This document shows positions 23,778 to 35,335 of a stretch of 64,000 bases of DNA, in pieces. Below the pieces are notes generated by a model, which did not search any database, was not told the DNA's origin, and worked only from the letters and a program-made list of their open reading frames with translations. The stretch lies in NCBI RefSeq assembly GCF_006345805.1, contig NC_042997.1, positions 183,458,001-183,522,000 on the forward strand, in the 5' to 3' direction. Both the position numbers and the translations under genes were made by a program. Source of the DNA: Octopus sinensis (lineage: Eukaryota). The stretch's first letter is position 1, and every line of letters begins with the position of its first letter.

Positions 23778-23990
23778 TATATAAATATATATATATATAG
23801 GGAGAATTCACGAAAAAAACAAAAGATGAAGACAGGTGGTGTAGAAAACAAACAGATGTATTAGTATAACGCTCGGGAATTGAAAAAGTCTTTTATGTTT
23901 CGAGCCTACACTCTTCCACAGAAAGGAACACAGAAAGAAACAAGGAGAGCAACAAGGAGAGAAAAAAATGTGTATAGTAGCTATCATGGC
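23778..23990 (-). mobile_element. Penelope-like terminal fragment with a variant hammerhead-like motif (second copy ~45400-45580)
   Basis: Two copies begin tatagggagaattcac...; the minus strand carries CUUU-CUGUGGA-A-GAG...CUC-GAAAC-AUA-AAAG; both abut (TA)n. Confidence 0.5.
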
Positions 23991-24188
23991 AACTGCTGGA
24001 CATAAGGGTTACTCAATGCCAGCAGGGTGGCATCATCTGAAAGCTACAATAATGCGAGGAAGTACATTGTGAACAGTGGTGTGTATCAACATTTGATAGT
24101 CAGATTGCTACAGTGATATAATATACATACATATGTGTGTGTATGTGTGCATGTGTGTGTGCAAGTGTGTGTGTGTGTGTGTGTATAA

Positions 24189-24394
24189 TTAAATAAAGAT
24201 AGTTATGGCTGGTGTATGGAGTTACCCTGGGTTTCACATCCATAAAGTGCTTAGCTTTATAGTGTTTCTTAAGACCCTAATGGGGTTATCAGCCACTGGC
24301 CATTAGGATCTGAAGAAACATTGTAAACCTAAGCACTTTATGGATGTGAAACCTAGGGCAACCCCATAGACCGTCCATGACTACCTTTATTTAA
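24189..24394. repeat. Imperfect hairpin with ~95-bp arms
   Basis: ggtttcacatccataaagtgcttag / ctaagcactttatggatgtgaaacc exact core; arms extend with mismatches; ~16-nt loop. Confidence 0.8.
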
Positions 24395-24797
24395 ATACTC
24401 CACTGCTCTATAGCCTAGAGTGTGCTTCTCTCTCAGATTTATGATTTACTGATGATATATATACCTATATATATATATATATGTACAAACATTTGACTCT
24501 GCAACACTGTATATAAATTCTCTACTGAGAATGACCTAGTTTAAAATTCTGCTGGATCTCACTCATTGCTTACATTGCTTATAAACTCTATATTTGGAAG
24601 GAGTCATATTAAACCCTGTTGGACTTTTGGATTTTACTCAAAGGATATTGGAATATTGCATATATACAATTATGCATATAAAACGGATTTACAACTTCAA
24701 TACCCATACATATCTTACATCTATTTTCTTTCCTCCACCTCACTCTCTATTTTGTATCACATCTAAACTAACTATGACTTAATTTTCCTCTCACACC

Positions 24798-24849
24798 GTC
24801 TCCGATGAAGGGATATTATTAATTAATATCCTAGAAACAGCTGTAAGAC
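24798..24849 (+). ncRNA. Type-I hammerhead-like motif (core variant CCGAUGA) within a ~580-bp probable Penelope-like fragment (24482-25060)
   Basis: GUCU-CCGAUGA-a-gGGAUAUUA(uuaau)UAAUAUCCu-a-GAAAC-AGCU-GUA-AGAC. The palindromic stem III ACAGCUGU is typical of Penelope hammerheads; U4-to-C deviation. Confidence 0.6.
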
Positions 24850-25072
24850 CTTCTATCTATAAATGCTCTAATATCTATACAGCCTTGGTTTTTTTTATCT
24901 TATTACGCAAAAAATTCTTATATACACACACTGATATAGAACCAACGTTGAACCCTTTATTCACAATATTACTGAATCTGGAACTTAACTATGGTCTGTC
25001 TATAGCACTTATTCAGCATTACCTGACACCTTTGGGTCTCAATGACACCATTATCTATTATAATATATATAT

Positions 25073-25105
<33 letters not shown>

Positions 25106-25345
25106 GAATGAATGCATGAATTATAGTAACACTGATTAGAATATGAAAAATATGGCTAAGGGGCTACATTCTGTATATTAAATACAAATATGCATCAGTT
25201 TCATATATAATCATACTAATCAGATAACTTCATTATTACTGACTGAATGCCTTTTGAGTATTTCAAGTTGTAAACTACAGTAATCTTTGTTGCTTGCCTA
25301 ATGCTGGCAATATTATAGAGTCAGTAAAATAATTCATTGAATTAA

Positions 25346-25565
25346 CCCTTTCATTGCTGTATTTATTTTGAGATGCTCTGCGTTTCTTTCAATTACTTTA
25401 AATATAACAAAGAATTTAGTAAAATAATTTAGTTATCATTCAGTTAGTATTAGGAGCATAAATTGTGACTAAAGTTTGGTGGAAGATTTTAATTAAAATC
25501 TTATGAAAACAAGACATTTGTACTCAGAGCCAGAGCTGGTTTCAGCCAGGTTGGTAATGAAAGGG
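25346..25565. mobile_element. piggyBac-type MITE, 220 bp, TTAA TSD
   Basis: ttaa|ccctttcattgc ... gtaatgaaaggg|ttaa; an inverted second copy of the same length lies at 56845-57064. Confidence 0.85.
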
Positions 25566-26433
25566 TTAAACATTTTGAAAAATGTCTCTTTACTTGTTTT
25601 TCTTGTCTTCTCAAAGCAATACACAAAAAAAAAAAAAAAGGAAAAATGCTGGTTACACCTGTTTTACCATTTATTCCAAAATTGAAAGGTTTGAAAATGC
25701 ACATCTGGTGCTGTTAACAATCAAAATAATCATTTCTCAAATTGCTATAATTTTGCTGAGCAGGATTAATAATAATCAGTTAAATTGAACAAGTATATAA
25801 CTGTCAGAAGGCTGAAAGGCAAATCAGATCATGGCTGGATTTAAACTCAGCATGTTGAGAAGACTAAACTATGATATTGAAAAGTCTTTAATCTTGTGCT
25901 TTAATATATCTGCTGTACCACAAACTCACTAATAATGATAATAATAGAGAAAAGATGAAGGAGATTGCTAGAGAAGGGGAAATAAAATTTATGATTTCAT
26001 GATTTTCCAAAAGGATGAAGTGAAGTGGTTCTGAACAGAAACTGAAAAACTGGTTCCTCCTGCATTTATTTCTACTTAGTGAAATTTGCTGCATATAATA
26101 TAACAATAACAGTTATTGTAACAACAATAGCATTAGCTTGTTTTTCTTTAGCAAAACTCAATATTTAGTATCTAATTTCCTTAGCAAAAACCCAAGTAGT
26201 TTTTATATTATTTGTGTCGAAGGAAAAATTGCATTGCATGTAAAATGTAAAATCCAATTTATTTTTCTAGGTCTGAAGCCTTACATAAAACAGTAATTTC
26301 CTTATATAGCATGAAACATTTAAGTTAAAGTCAGAACAAAGATTGTTCATAAACAACCATTTAATTGAATTGGCTGCACTATACTCATTTGCTGAAATGG
26401 TTTCCACACAGATTTAGCAACAACTGACAGATA

Positions 26434-27266
26434 CAAGAGGGTACCCAAAAGTAACCGGGAGCATTTTCTGTAGGACAAGCCCATTGTAGTTCGGTCTTCC
26501 ACTGCTAGAAGCCACTTGATGCAACCCTCAGGCATCAGTCTTGTGACCAGCATTGTTGGGTTAGGTCATACTGCCACATGGTGTGTCTTTGTTTTGATGT
26601 GCTTCTCTATTTGTCAATTTTTGTGATGGCTAAAATGAAGGAACAGCATGCTTCTGTGAAATTCTGTTTTCTGCTGGGGAAAACAGCAGACAAAACAATT
26701 GTCATGCTTCAAACAGCCTACAAGGACACTGCCACAAGCAAAATACAAGTTTATGAGTGGTTTCTACACTTTAGGAATGGTTACTTGTTGCTTGAAGACC
26801 AACCTTGTTCAGAGCAACTGTCGACCACCCGAACAAATGAAAATTCATGAACTGATCTTGGAGGACCATCACTGAACAACTAACAAACTTGTTGATATGA
26901 TTGGTGTGTCCTGGAGTTCGTGCTAACGAATTTTGAGTGAGGAATTGCGAATGAAAAGAAATGTAGCAAAATTTGTGCCTTGCTTGCTCACAGAAGATCA
27001 AAAGCAGTCACGACTGAATGTGCATTGTGAACTGAAAGAACAGTTGGAAATTGATCCAGTCATCACTGGTGATGAAAGATGGTGCTATGGAATTTGCAGA
27101 AGTGGAAGAGGGGAAGACAAAACGATGGAGGCGTCAAAAGGCATCACTTTGCAAGAGTCCCAGCACTACTTTCAAACAGTGGAAAACGCATCTGGACATA
27201 TAAACATGGAAAACTAAGTGAATAAATAGCATTGCAAAATTCTGGTTTCTTTGGGGTACCATGTCA
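26434..27266 (+). mobile_element. Mariner transposon, internally deleted, pseudogenised transposase
   Basis: ORF pieces EQHASVKFCFLLGKTADKTIVMLQTAYKD...VYEWFLHFRNG...LEDQP and AKFVPCLLTEDQKQSR...ITGDERWCY (HTH, WVPHEL-like linker, first catalytic D); TIRs caagagggtacccaaaagtaaccgg / ctggtttctttggggtaccatgtca; TA flanks. Confidence 0.88.
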
Positions 27267-28650
27267 TATGTAAAGTAAGCAGAATGATGTTCATTTATTC
27301 CATTTGTAGCTTTTCATGTTATCAAGGGTGTGTTATGAGTTATGGTTATTAGATATGTGGTTACTAATTGGTCCTAACATACATTTTTTAAGATTTGATA
27401 ATTAGGGTAGAAAATATTAAGGGATTTGATGGGATGAGGTGACTGTGTGATAGTGAAAAGGACAGTTATATGATCCTGGCAACTGTCCTTTAAAATAACT
27501 TTTGTTTTAGAGATTAGCCAGAAGAAGAGCTTAAGAATTTTTTGCAGAGTCTCCTTCGACCGGTGAGAGGAAAGGAGGAAGATTTTGATATCCACAAACA
27601 GAGATGTGGTCTGAGCCACTGCATTAGACTGGACTCTATGAAAAGCACCTAACTTAGGGGCCAAACTGTCCATCAGATGGTCATCTATAGTTTCCAGTTG
27701 TCCATTTTCACTCACAATTGTCTCCTACCATACCCAAGGTTTTAGTGGAAGAAACTTGCCCAAGGTGAGGTTGAACTTAAAGCTGTGTGTGTGAGAATCA
27801 AACTTCTTAACCACACCCATGGATGAAGTGAACTGAAGCTAAAAATGTAATAAACATTTTTCAATTTTCACAAGAATGCTAGTCATATAAAAATATTGCT
27901 TACACACACACACACACACACGCACGCACACACACACATGACAGGCTTTATTTTGTTTCTTGTTTACCAAATCCACTCATAAGGCTCTGATTGGCCTGAG
28001 ACTATAGCAGAAGGCACTTGCCTAAGGAGCCATACAGTAGGATTGAACCCAGAACCGTGTGATTTTGAAGCAAGCTTCTTACCACACAGCCACACATGCA
28101 CCTATATATATATATATATATATATAGTAAAGAAAAGAAACACTGGTTAAAAACCAAATGAGTATGCCTTGGAACAACAAAGGAAAAACTTACCATAACT
28201 ATTCTATTTAAGAATGTCTTTATTTTATTTCACTTTTTTTGTTATTAGTAGTGGGAGGTAAACCTTTCAGAAATATAAATCTTGATACACGCTATTAAAG
28301 TTATTTATCAAAGAGTAGAGATTTCTATCTTTCAACTACTCAAAAATGCTTTTAAAAATAGACAACTGCCGTTAGATGAAAAATACGAAAAGAAAATGTG
28401 TGCACATAGCTTTGCCAATACTAAATTAATTACTATGATTATCTGTCTGATATTAGAGTTTAGATTACTTCACTGATTACTAAATAGGATGTATGTAGCT
28501 AAAGTTAAAATGACTCTGTTATTATTTGTATGTTTGTTTTTCAAGTTATTCCACCTTGTATCTTAACAATTAGTTTTGCAAATACACAAATTCCCTGTTA
28601 CTCTCTCTCTTTCTCTTAGAAGCGTTTGTAAGTGCATATACTCACCACCC

Positions 28651-28689
<39 letters not shown>

Positions 28690-28702
<13 letters not shown>

Positions 28703-28990
28703 TAAATTAGAGAAAAACCACTATTATGTGATTCAAACAATGATAGACATAACCAAATCATAAAGAAAAAAAAAATATTATAAAACATATAACTAGATCA
28801 CAAAAAGTACAAAAAGTCTTTATGATTTGGTTTATGTCTATCATTGTTTGAATTACATAATAGTGGTTTTTCTCTAATTTATATATATTATATATATATA
28901 TATATGTATATTTATATTGTGAAATTTGATTTAATACTAAATTGAATTTTTCCCTGTAAGTTTGGAGTTATACTCTCTGTTATTATTATT
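28690..28990. mobile_element. Probable Penelope-like fragment with ~70-bp inverted arms, same family as 23353-23780
   Basis: 28701-28766 is the reverse complement of 28817-28883. Shares aaaaccactatt and ...ttttccctgtaa.tttgga with the 23.4-kb palindrome; lies in (TA)n. Confidence 0.65.
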
Positions 28991-29434
28991 ATATATATAT
29001 ATATATATTATCATCATCATCATCATCATCATCATTTAGCGTCTGCTTTCCATCCTAGCATGGGTTGGACGGTTCAACTGGGGTCTGTGAAGCTGGAAGG
29101 CTTCGTCAGGCCCAGTCAGATCTGGCAGTGTTTCTACGGCTGGATGCCCTTCCTAACGCCAACCACTCCGTGAGTGTAGTGGGTGCTTTTTACGTGCCAC
29201 CTGCACAGGTGCCAGACAGAGCTGGCAAACGGCCATGAACGGACGGTGCTTTTACGTGTCACCGGCACGGGGCCAGGCGATGCTGATATGTATATATATA
29301 TTAATACCTGGTATATGTAGTCGAGGCAACATTTAATTAAAATATTCATCTATGCATCATACATAATGCGTACACATTGTTGCTAGGCCACTGACTGCAG
29401 TTTCTTGACCTGAGATAACATCTCAGTACTGCAA

Positions 29435-29631
29435 CAACTTTATAAGATCTTATACGTATATTTGATGTCACTTTCTTATTGTTTGGAGCAGACTATCCAC
29501 TTGCATGATCCTAATCAGTGCCTAGACCAGAATCTGTTTGTGATTTATTACTGAGTTCATATTTTTCTTGGTAGGAATCATAGACACTGATTTCTTCCCA
29601 AGACCCAACTGAAATTTCTGAGCATAAACTG
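29435..29631 (-). pseudogene. Intronic direct duplicate of part of TBC1D16 exon 2 (source 30749-30945)
   Basis: Gap-free alignment at offset 1314 with about 16 mismatches in 197 nt (counted by eye); a TGG codon has become TAG. Confidence 0.92.
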
Positions 29632-29863
29632 GGAATCAAACTTACAACCTTATGATCATGAACTGAATACTCTAACCACTAAGCCATACACTTTCAAGTA
29701 TATCATATATGTATATATATATGTGTGTAAATGTGTATATGTGTGTATGCAAGTAAGTAGATAATATGTATACGTGCATGTTTGTTAGTGTGTATTTGTG
29801 CATTTCCATAAATATTTTGTGACACAAAATAAAAAATCTTTTAGAAAGTTCAACAGTACATAC

Positions 29864-31208
29864 CGAGATCAACTGAGAATACACCACAAATTTGCTCTTT
29901 GGGGCTGCGTTTTTCTTTCCTCTTTGATATATAGGAAACTGAATTTTCTGGGAATGAAAGATTATGTGCTAATGAGCAAGAACTGCTTCCAGACAATGAA
30001 TCTTGTTGCTGCCTTGGTGAAGAGGGTAAGGAATGGTCTGGTGATAAATAAGGAGTAGGTGGATGTGAATCAGGACCAGATGTGGATGTGGATGAAGATG
30101 ATAAACGGAATCGTGTGACTTCAATATCAGGTGTAGATATCGACAAGTCTTGGATATTATTGTCACTGGTGTTTAGTCGATCTATTGACTGAGGTGGGGT
30201 GACTGGAGGATCAGCAGCTACACCTGAACGGTTTTCTAAGCTAAATGAATTGAGGCTGGGTGTTGCAGAAGGTACATTTTCACTTTGTATTAAGTCATTA
30301 TTCCCATTCGTCATGGATTCATTGAGCCTGTCATTGAGTTCAGCACATTTCCTTCGTAGTTCACCAACCATTAATCGATAATGTTCCCCTGTGGGACTTG
30401 GGTCAGATGAATCAGAGCTAATGCTTGTCTGATCAAAGTCAGTTGATGGGGAACTTTCAATATCACTTTTTTTATTACTTTCAGGAATATTCAGGTTAAG
30501 CTTGCTATCTTCCTTAACAACAACAAGATTATCTCCTTCCATTTCAATACTAAGCGAGTGATTGGATCCAAGACACTCGCGAGATTTTCTATAGACCTTA
30601 TTCTTCTTTAGCATTGCTGCCAACTGTTCCTCAGGAGTAATGCCTTCACTTTCAGTTGAAGAACTGTCATATTTTGAAGACTTGGAATAAGAATCAGCAG
30701 AATCAATATTCTTCTTGTTTTCTTTGGTCAAGTCATTGACATTAATCCCAACTTTATAAGATCTTATACGTATATTTGACGTTACTTTCTCATTGTTTGG
30801 AGCAGATTGTCCACTTGCATGATCCCAATCAGTGCCTAGACCAGAGTCCGTTTGTGATTTATTACTGGGTCCAAATTTTTCTCGGTAGGAATCATAGTCA
30901 CTGATTTCTTCCCGAGACCCAATTGAAATTTCTGAGCAAAAACTGCTGTCATCTCGTCGTGATCTTTGCCGTTGCTCAATCCATAGAGATTGTTCACTTC
31001 CTATTGATGCTAAGGAATTACGAGGAGAGACACTTGGAGACGGAGTGGTCAGATTGTCTGAACGGGCATAATCTTGTTTTGGAGTTCGTCTTGGACTTGA
31101 CTTTGGACTGCAAATAGCAGAACGGTTAGGACTATTTTCAATGCTACGTGGATTTCTTTTTAATGTTGTATTTGGTATCCATGTTAGTATTAGAGTGGGA
31201 CCAGTGAG
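29864..31208 (-). CDS. TBC1D16: TBC1D16 coding exon 2 (1345 nt, long Ser-rich low-complexity region)
   Basis: Within the 455-aa ORF. Begins LTGPTLILTWIPN and ends KEQICGVFSVDL (human recalled as LGATLILAWVPN...LEQICGVFRVDLG). Acceptor tttttgtttcag|, donor CTCG|GTATGT, phase 0 to 1. Confidence 0.93.
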
Positions 31209-32489
31209 CTGAAACAAAAAGATATATATGAATTAGAATTCTTATTTCTAATTACCTTAATGACATCAACAAGTGTATATAGAATCAAATCATAACATTT
31301 AAAAAAACAATACAGAAAGAACAAATTACGATGAACATGGTATTAGTTTAATGCTTGAAATGTGTATGGAGTATGTTGATGATTTTGATATTAGATCTTC
31401 AGAAAAATACGAGATGAAGGAGAGGAGTAGAGACAAGAAAAGGGAGATAGAAAGAGAAGATGAGAAAGGGAGAGATAGGAAATGGAAAGGGAGATGGAAG
31501 AAAAGAAAACAAAGGAGAGAGGGAGAAATATATGCTGAATACTGTTTTCTTTTGTTTGTTCATTTACTTGTACGTGTATGCAAAAGCATGCACATGCACG
31601 AATGTGCAACCACCCATGTTATTCCTGAAAAGTTCTACTGTAGCAATGTATTCTGTAATCTTTAAACCTCTTTTTCATTGACTCCAATGATATGTAGATG
31701 TCAAAAGGAAATTAAATTTCCTGCTACTGTAAGAATCTGAGGAACACAATGCTTCCGACATGCAGTAGATGCCCATATACGTATATACATCCATACATAT
31801 ATATATGAAATCTTTAATATATATTACAAAAATTGAAAAAATTTATATCTTTTGAGTAACAAAAACACACAACTTAAAAAAAAAATTTTTCTTAGCATTT
31901 GAGAAATATTCAATATATTTATTTATTTATATAAATTTACACAAATTTTTACTGTTGTCATTTTGAAAATGTATTAGAAACAGCAATGTATATATAAAAG
32001 TTAAGTTTTTTCTTGAAATTGAATTTGAAAGAATATTTCAGGAATATTAAAAAATATGTCACAAAACAGTATGCAGGCAATATTTTATGCCACATTCATA
32101 AAATAACCATGCATATTAAATGCTTAAGCCATTAAAATATACTTTATCTCTCAGTTCACTTTTCTTTTATACACACAAATGTTATTTTCTTTCTTTAAGT
32201 ATAAGTTTAAAAGCTGAGTCAACAGAGAGAAATTACAACTAGATGAAATCTCCAAGTGGTTTAATTCCAAGTAGTTAAAGTGTCAGCAGAAGGGCATCCA
32301 AGAATCGTGAACTGGATGTGGCCTGGCTCCATTACAGTGTAAGAAGTTAAGGCCTGAATCATTTACCTGAGCAGGGTTTCTTCTCTGAAGACCTGCTGTT
32401 TAACTCTCTTGAGAGTTTCTTATCACTTCTTTTCTACACACACACACATGTAGCATATAATACATGAAAAAAGCTTCTAAAATAAAAGA

Positions 32490-32830
32490 TAAAGGGTAAA
32501 GATCCCCTTTGGTCATGAATGACCATGAGATTGCACCTAGAAAGTTCCCCTCCAAGACACATGTATGGACAAGGTTGTTTATGGAAGAACAGCAGTTGCC
32601 CATGCATATTAGCCTCCCCACTCCACGCTACTGATGTTATCCAAGAGAAAGGCAAAGGCCAATACAGCTTGGCACCAGTGAAGTTGCAATTCATTTCTAC
32701 AGCTGAATCAACTGGAGCAATGTGAAATAAAGTGTCTTGCTCAAGAACACAACACAACCCAGTCCAGGAATCAAACTCACTACCTCGTGATTGTGAACCT
32801 GATACTCTAACTACTAAGCCATGCACCTTA
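32490..32830 (-). mobile_element. tRNA-derived SINE (same family as 60098-60435)
   Basis: Reverse complement of 60098-60435 along its whole length. Confidence 0.8.
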
Positions 32831-33526
32831 AGAATATAAATATTAATCAAAAGTGTAGTATAGATCAACGAGGAATAAAAGGTTGAGAAAATATATATTA
32901 CTTAAAAAGCAGTAATATAAGGAAAAATGTTAAAATTCTGAGTAAGAACATATGTTCTCATTGTAAATTGGTTATAAATGTATAGAAGCTCATTTCATAC
33001 ATTTGGTTTGGTGACTCTTTAACATTTCCTTTAAGTTACATCTGGCCAAGCCAATAGAAAGCTATATCTTGTCAGTAATACAGCAATAGTACTGTATTCT
33101 TGGCCGAGACACCTAACTTTCTAATTAGGCATAAAGCCAGCTTTTTAAGAGGGTGTGCGAAACTTATTTCATTGACCAATAGGAGCTAAAAGATGAATCA
33201 AACTGGCATGATTTCAATGCAGAAGCAAGGTAAATGAAATTAAAAACTACCAAGTATTTAGCCTAATAATCTACTGTCTTGGCGAGCTGTCACCACCCTT
33301 TGGCTTGCAAATAAAACAATGAAATCATTTATATTAATTCATACTGTTATACCTTATGAATCAAACCTTTTTGTACAAGCTAATCTTTTTTCTGGGACAA
33401 AAGGCCAAATATAAAGACGGAATAGTTACAATTAAGGATAAAAATCTTCAAACAGATGAATTTTAACCCATTAGTTACCATATTTTTGTCAAAATATGCT
33501 GTCTTTATTTCAGTTAATTTTGAAAT

Positions 33527-34804
33527 TAAGGCAGTTTGTATGAAGTTGAGTTAAAAGTTTTTTTTTCAAATTTTCACTGATAGGTTTTGGCAACTTGTAT
33601 CTCTGTGTTTTATCATTAATTTGATGCAATTTGTTCAATTATTTGCTGAGTTGTTTAGTCTTTGTTTACATATATAACCTAGAAACATTAATTGTTTATC
33701 CTTTATTTTACAGCTTTGATAATGGGTGGTGAAAAATATGTAATTAGAGTCATTTTATGCAAGGACCAATTGCAAGGACAGTGGAAAAAGAAACTAATGA
33801 TGTGGAAATGCCAGTATCTGTCAATGAACATGTGGGCACAAAACTGTTTAAGATGTCTCAAGGAAGGGAGACCAACCTTGAAGACAAACCAAGGTCAGGG
33901 AGACTGTCTGTTGTGGAAGATGAGGCTTTGTTTGAAATGGTTGAACAACAGCCAAGCACAAGCGATTATACATTGTTAGCAGAACTTGGTCCTTCACAAA
34001 GCACCATCAACTGACACCTTCATAAGCTTGGCCTTGTGAACAAACAAAGTTGAGAAGTTCCTCATAACAGACCAATGATCAGGCTCAATGATATATGAAC
34101 ATTTGCAAACAGCTACTGGCAAATCCTCAAAATGCTTGTTTTTGGTGTCAAATTATAACTGTGGATGAAATGTGGGTCTATATTCGTAACCTTATTAAGA
34201 GAAATTCCAGCTATGCTTCAGAAGCTGTTGTCAAACAAGGGCAGTTTGGACAGAAGATAATGTTGTGTGTTTGGTGGAATTTTGAGGTGGGTGTTGCTCT
34301 TTGAGCTTGTTACAGATGGTCATGCTATGAATACTAACCTTTATGCTCAACAACTGAAGCAAGTAAACGATGCTTTGAAAACCCGCTATCCAGCATTGGA
34401 TAATCAAAGACATGTGCTCCTACAGCATGATAATGCCCTAGCACACATGGCCAATGTGACCCCATGCAAACCTGAGGAATTTGAGGGGCTGGAAATGGTG
34501 CTGTCTCACCCTGCCTACAGTCAGATTACGACCTTTTCCAAGCCATGCTACATTACTTGCATGGATGGAGGTTCAACAATGCGGATGAGGTTGAAAATGG
34601 GTGCAGGGACTTTCTTGCCTCTTAACCAGCCAAATAGTATAAGCATGGAATTAAGCTTCTGGCATAATTATGGCAACAGACAATACAATATGAAGAGATA
34701 TAGTTTGATAAATAATTGCTTTCTGTATGTAATTTGTTTGAACTATTAATTAAAGCTTGAAATATGAGAAAAACTTTTGACTCAACCTGACAAAATAGCT
34801 TTAT
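33527..34804 (+). mobile_element. Near full-length (~1.28 kb) decayed mariner element
   Basis: Frameshifted transposase motifs LEDKPRSGR, IITVDEMWVY, KIMLCVWWN, LLQHDNALAH and SHPAYS; TIRs gttgagttaaaagttttt / aaaaacttttgactcaac. Confidence 0.9.
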
Positions 34805-35038
34805 AATTATTAATAATGGTATCTCAAACATAAATTAACATATTTTGATGAAATGTCTTAATTTAAATCGGTTTCAAACATATGTCACAATGACCACAAC
34901 TAACAATTGGAGAGTTGCTTGCCCCAACAGTTGGAGAGTTTCTGCTGCTGCTAACCCAAACACCAAGCAGTTTAAAATAAAGTTTGTCTCATAGGTCCAG
35001 GGGCAGTTTTGGGTGGGTTAATATTAAAAGGGTTGAAC

Positions 35039-35335
35039 GAGAGGTTCCAAAAGTAGATGGCACTCCCCTCATCTCCCCGTGGGAGATGAGGACAGTGGAA
35101 AGATCCAGGTGGGGGCGTTGAAGGAAAGTCGGGTGATAATGAGGTGGTCAAAAGGGGGTGATGTATGTAAAAAAAACCTCCAAAATAATGGGTTAAGTTT
35201 TATTTGCGAAATACAGTTGTTTTGAATTTGCTACAGAAAGTGATCTGTTTGTGGTGGTGAGTTGGGGGCAGGGGCGCTAGGAATGTGGCCTGGGTGTCAA
35301 GGGGGCAACAGCCTGAAATAATTTGGGAAGTACTG
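35039..35335. mobile_element. Degraded hAT-type MITE
   Basis: Flanked by ggttgaac / agttgaac (8-bp TSD, one mismatch); termini gagaggttccaaaa / tttgggaagtactg. Confidence 0.5.

Noticed and set aside
31351-31681. Charged-residue ORFs just upstream of exon 2
   Set aside because: Purine-rich (GA) low-complexity intronic sequence on the antisense strand.
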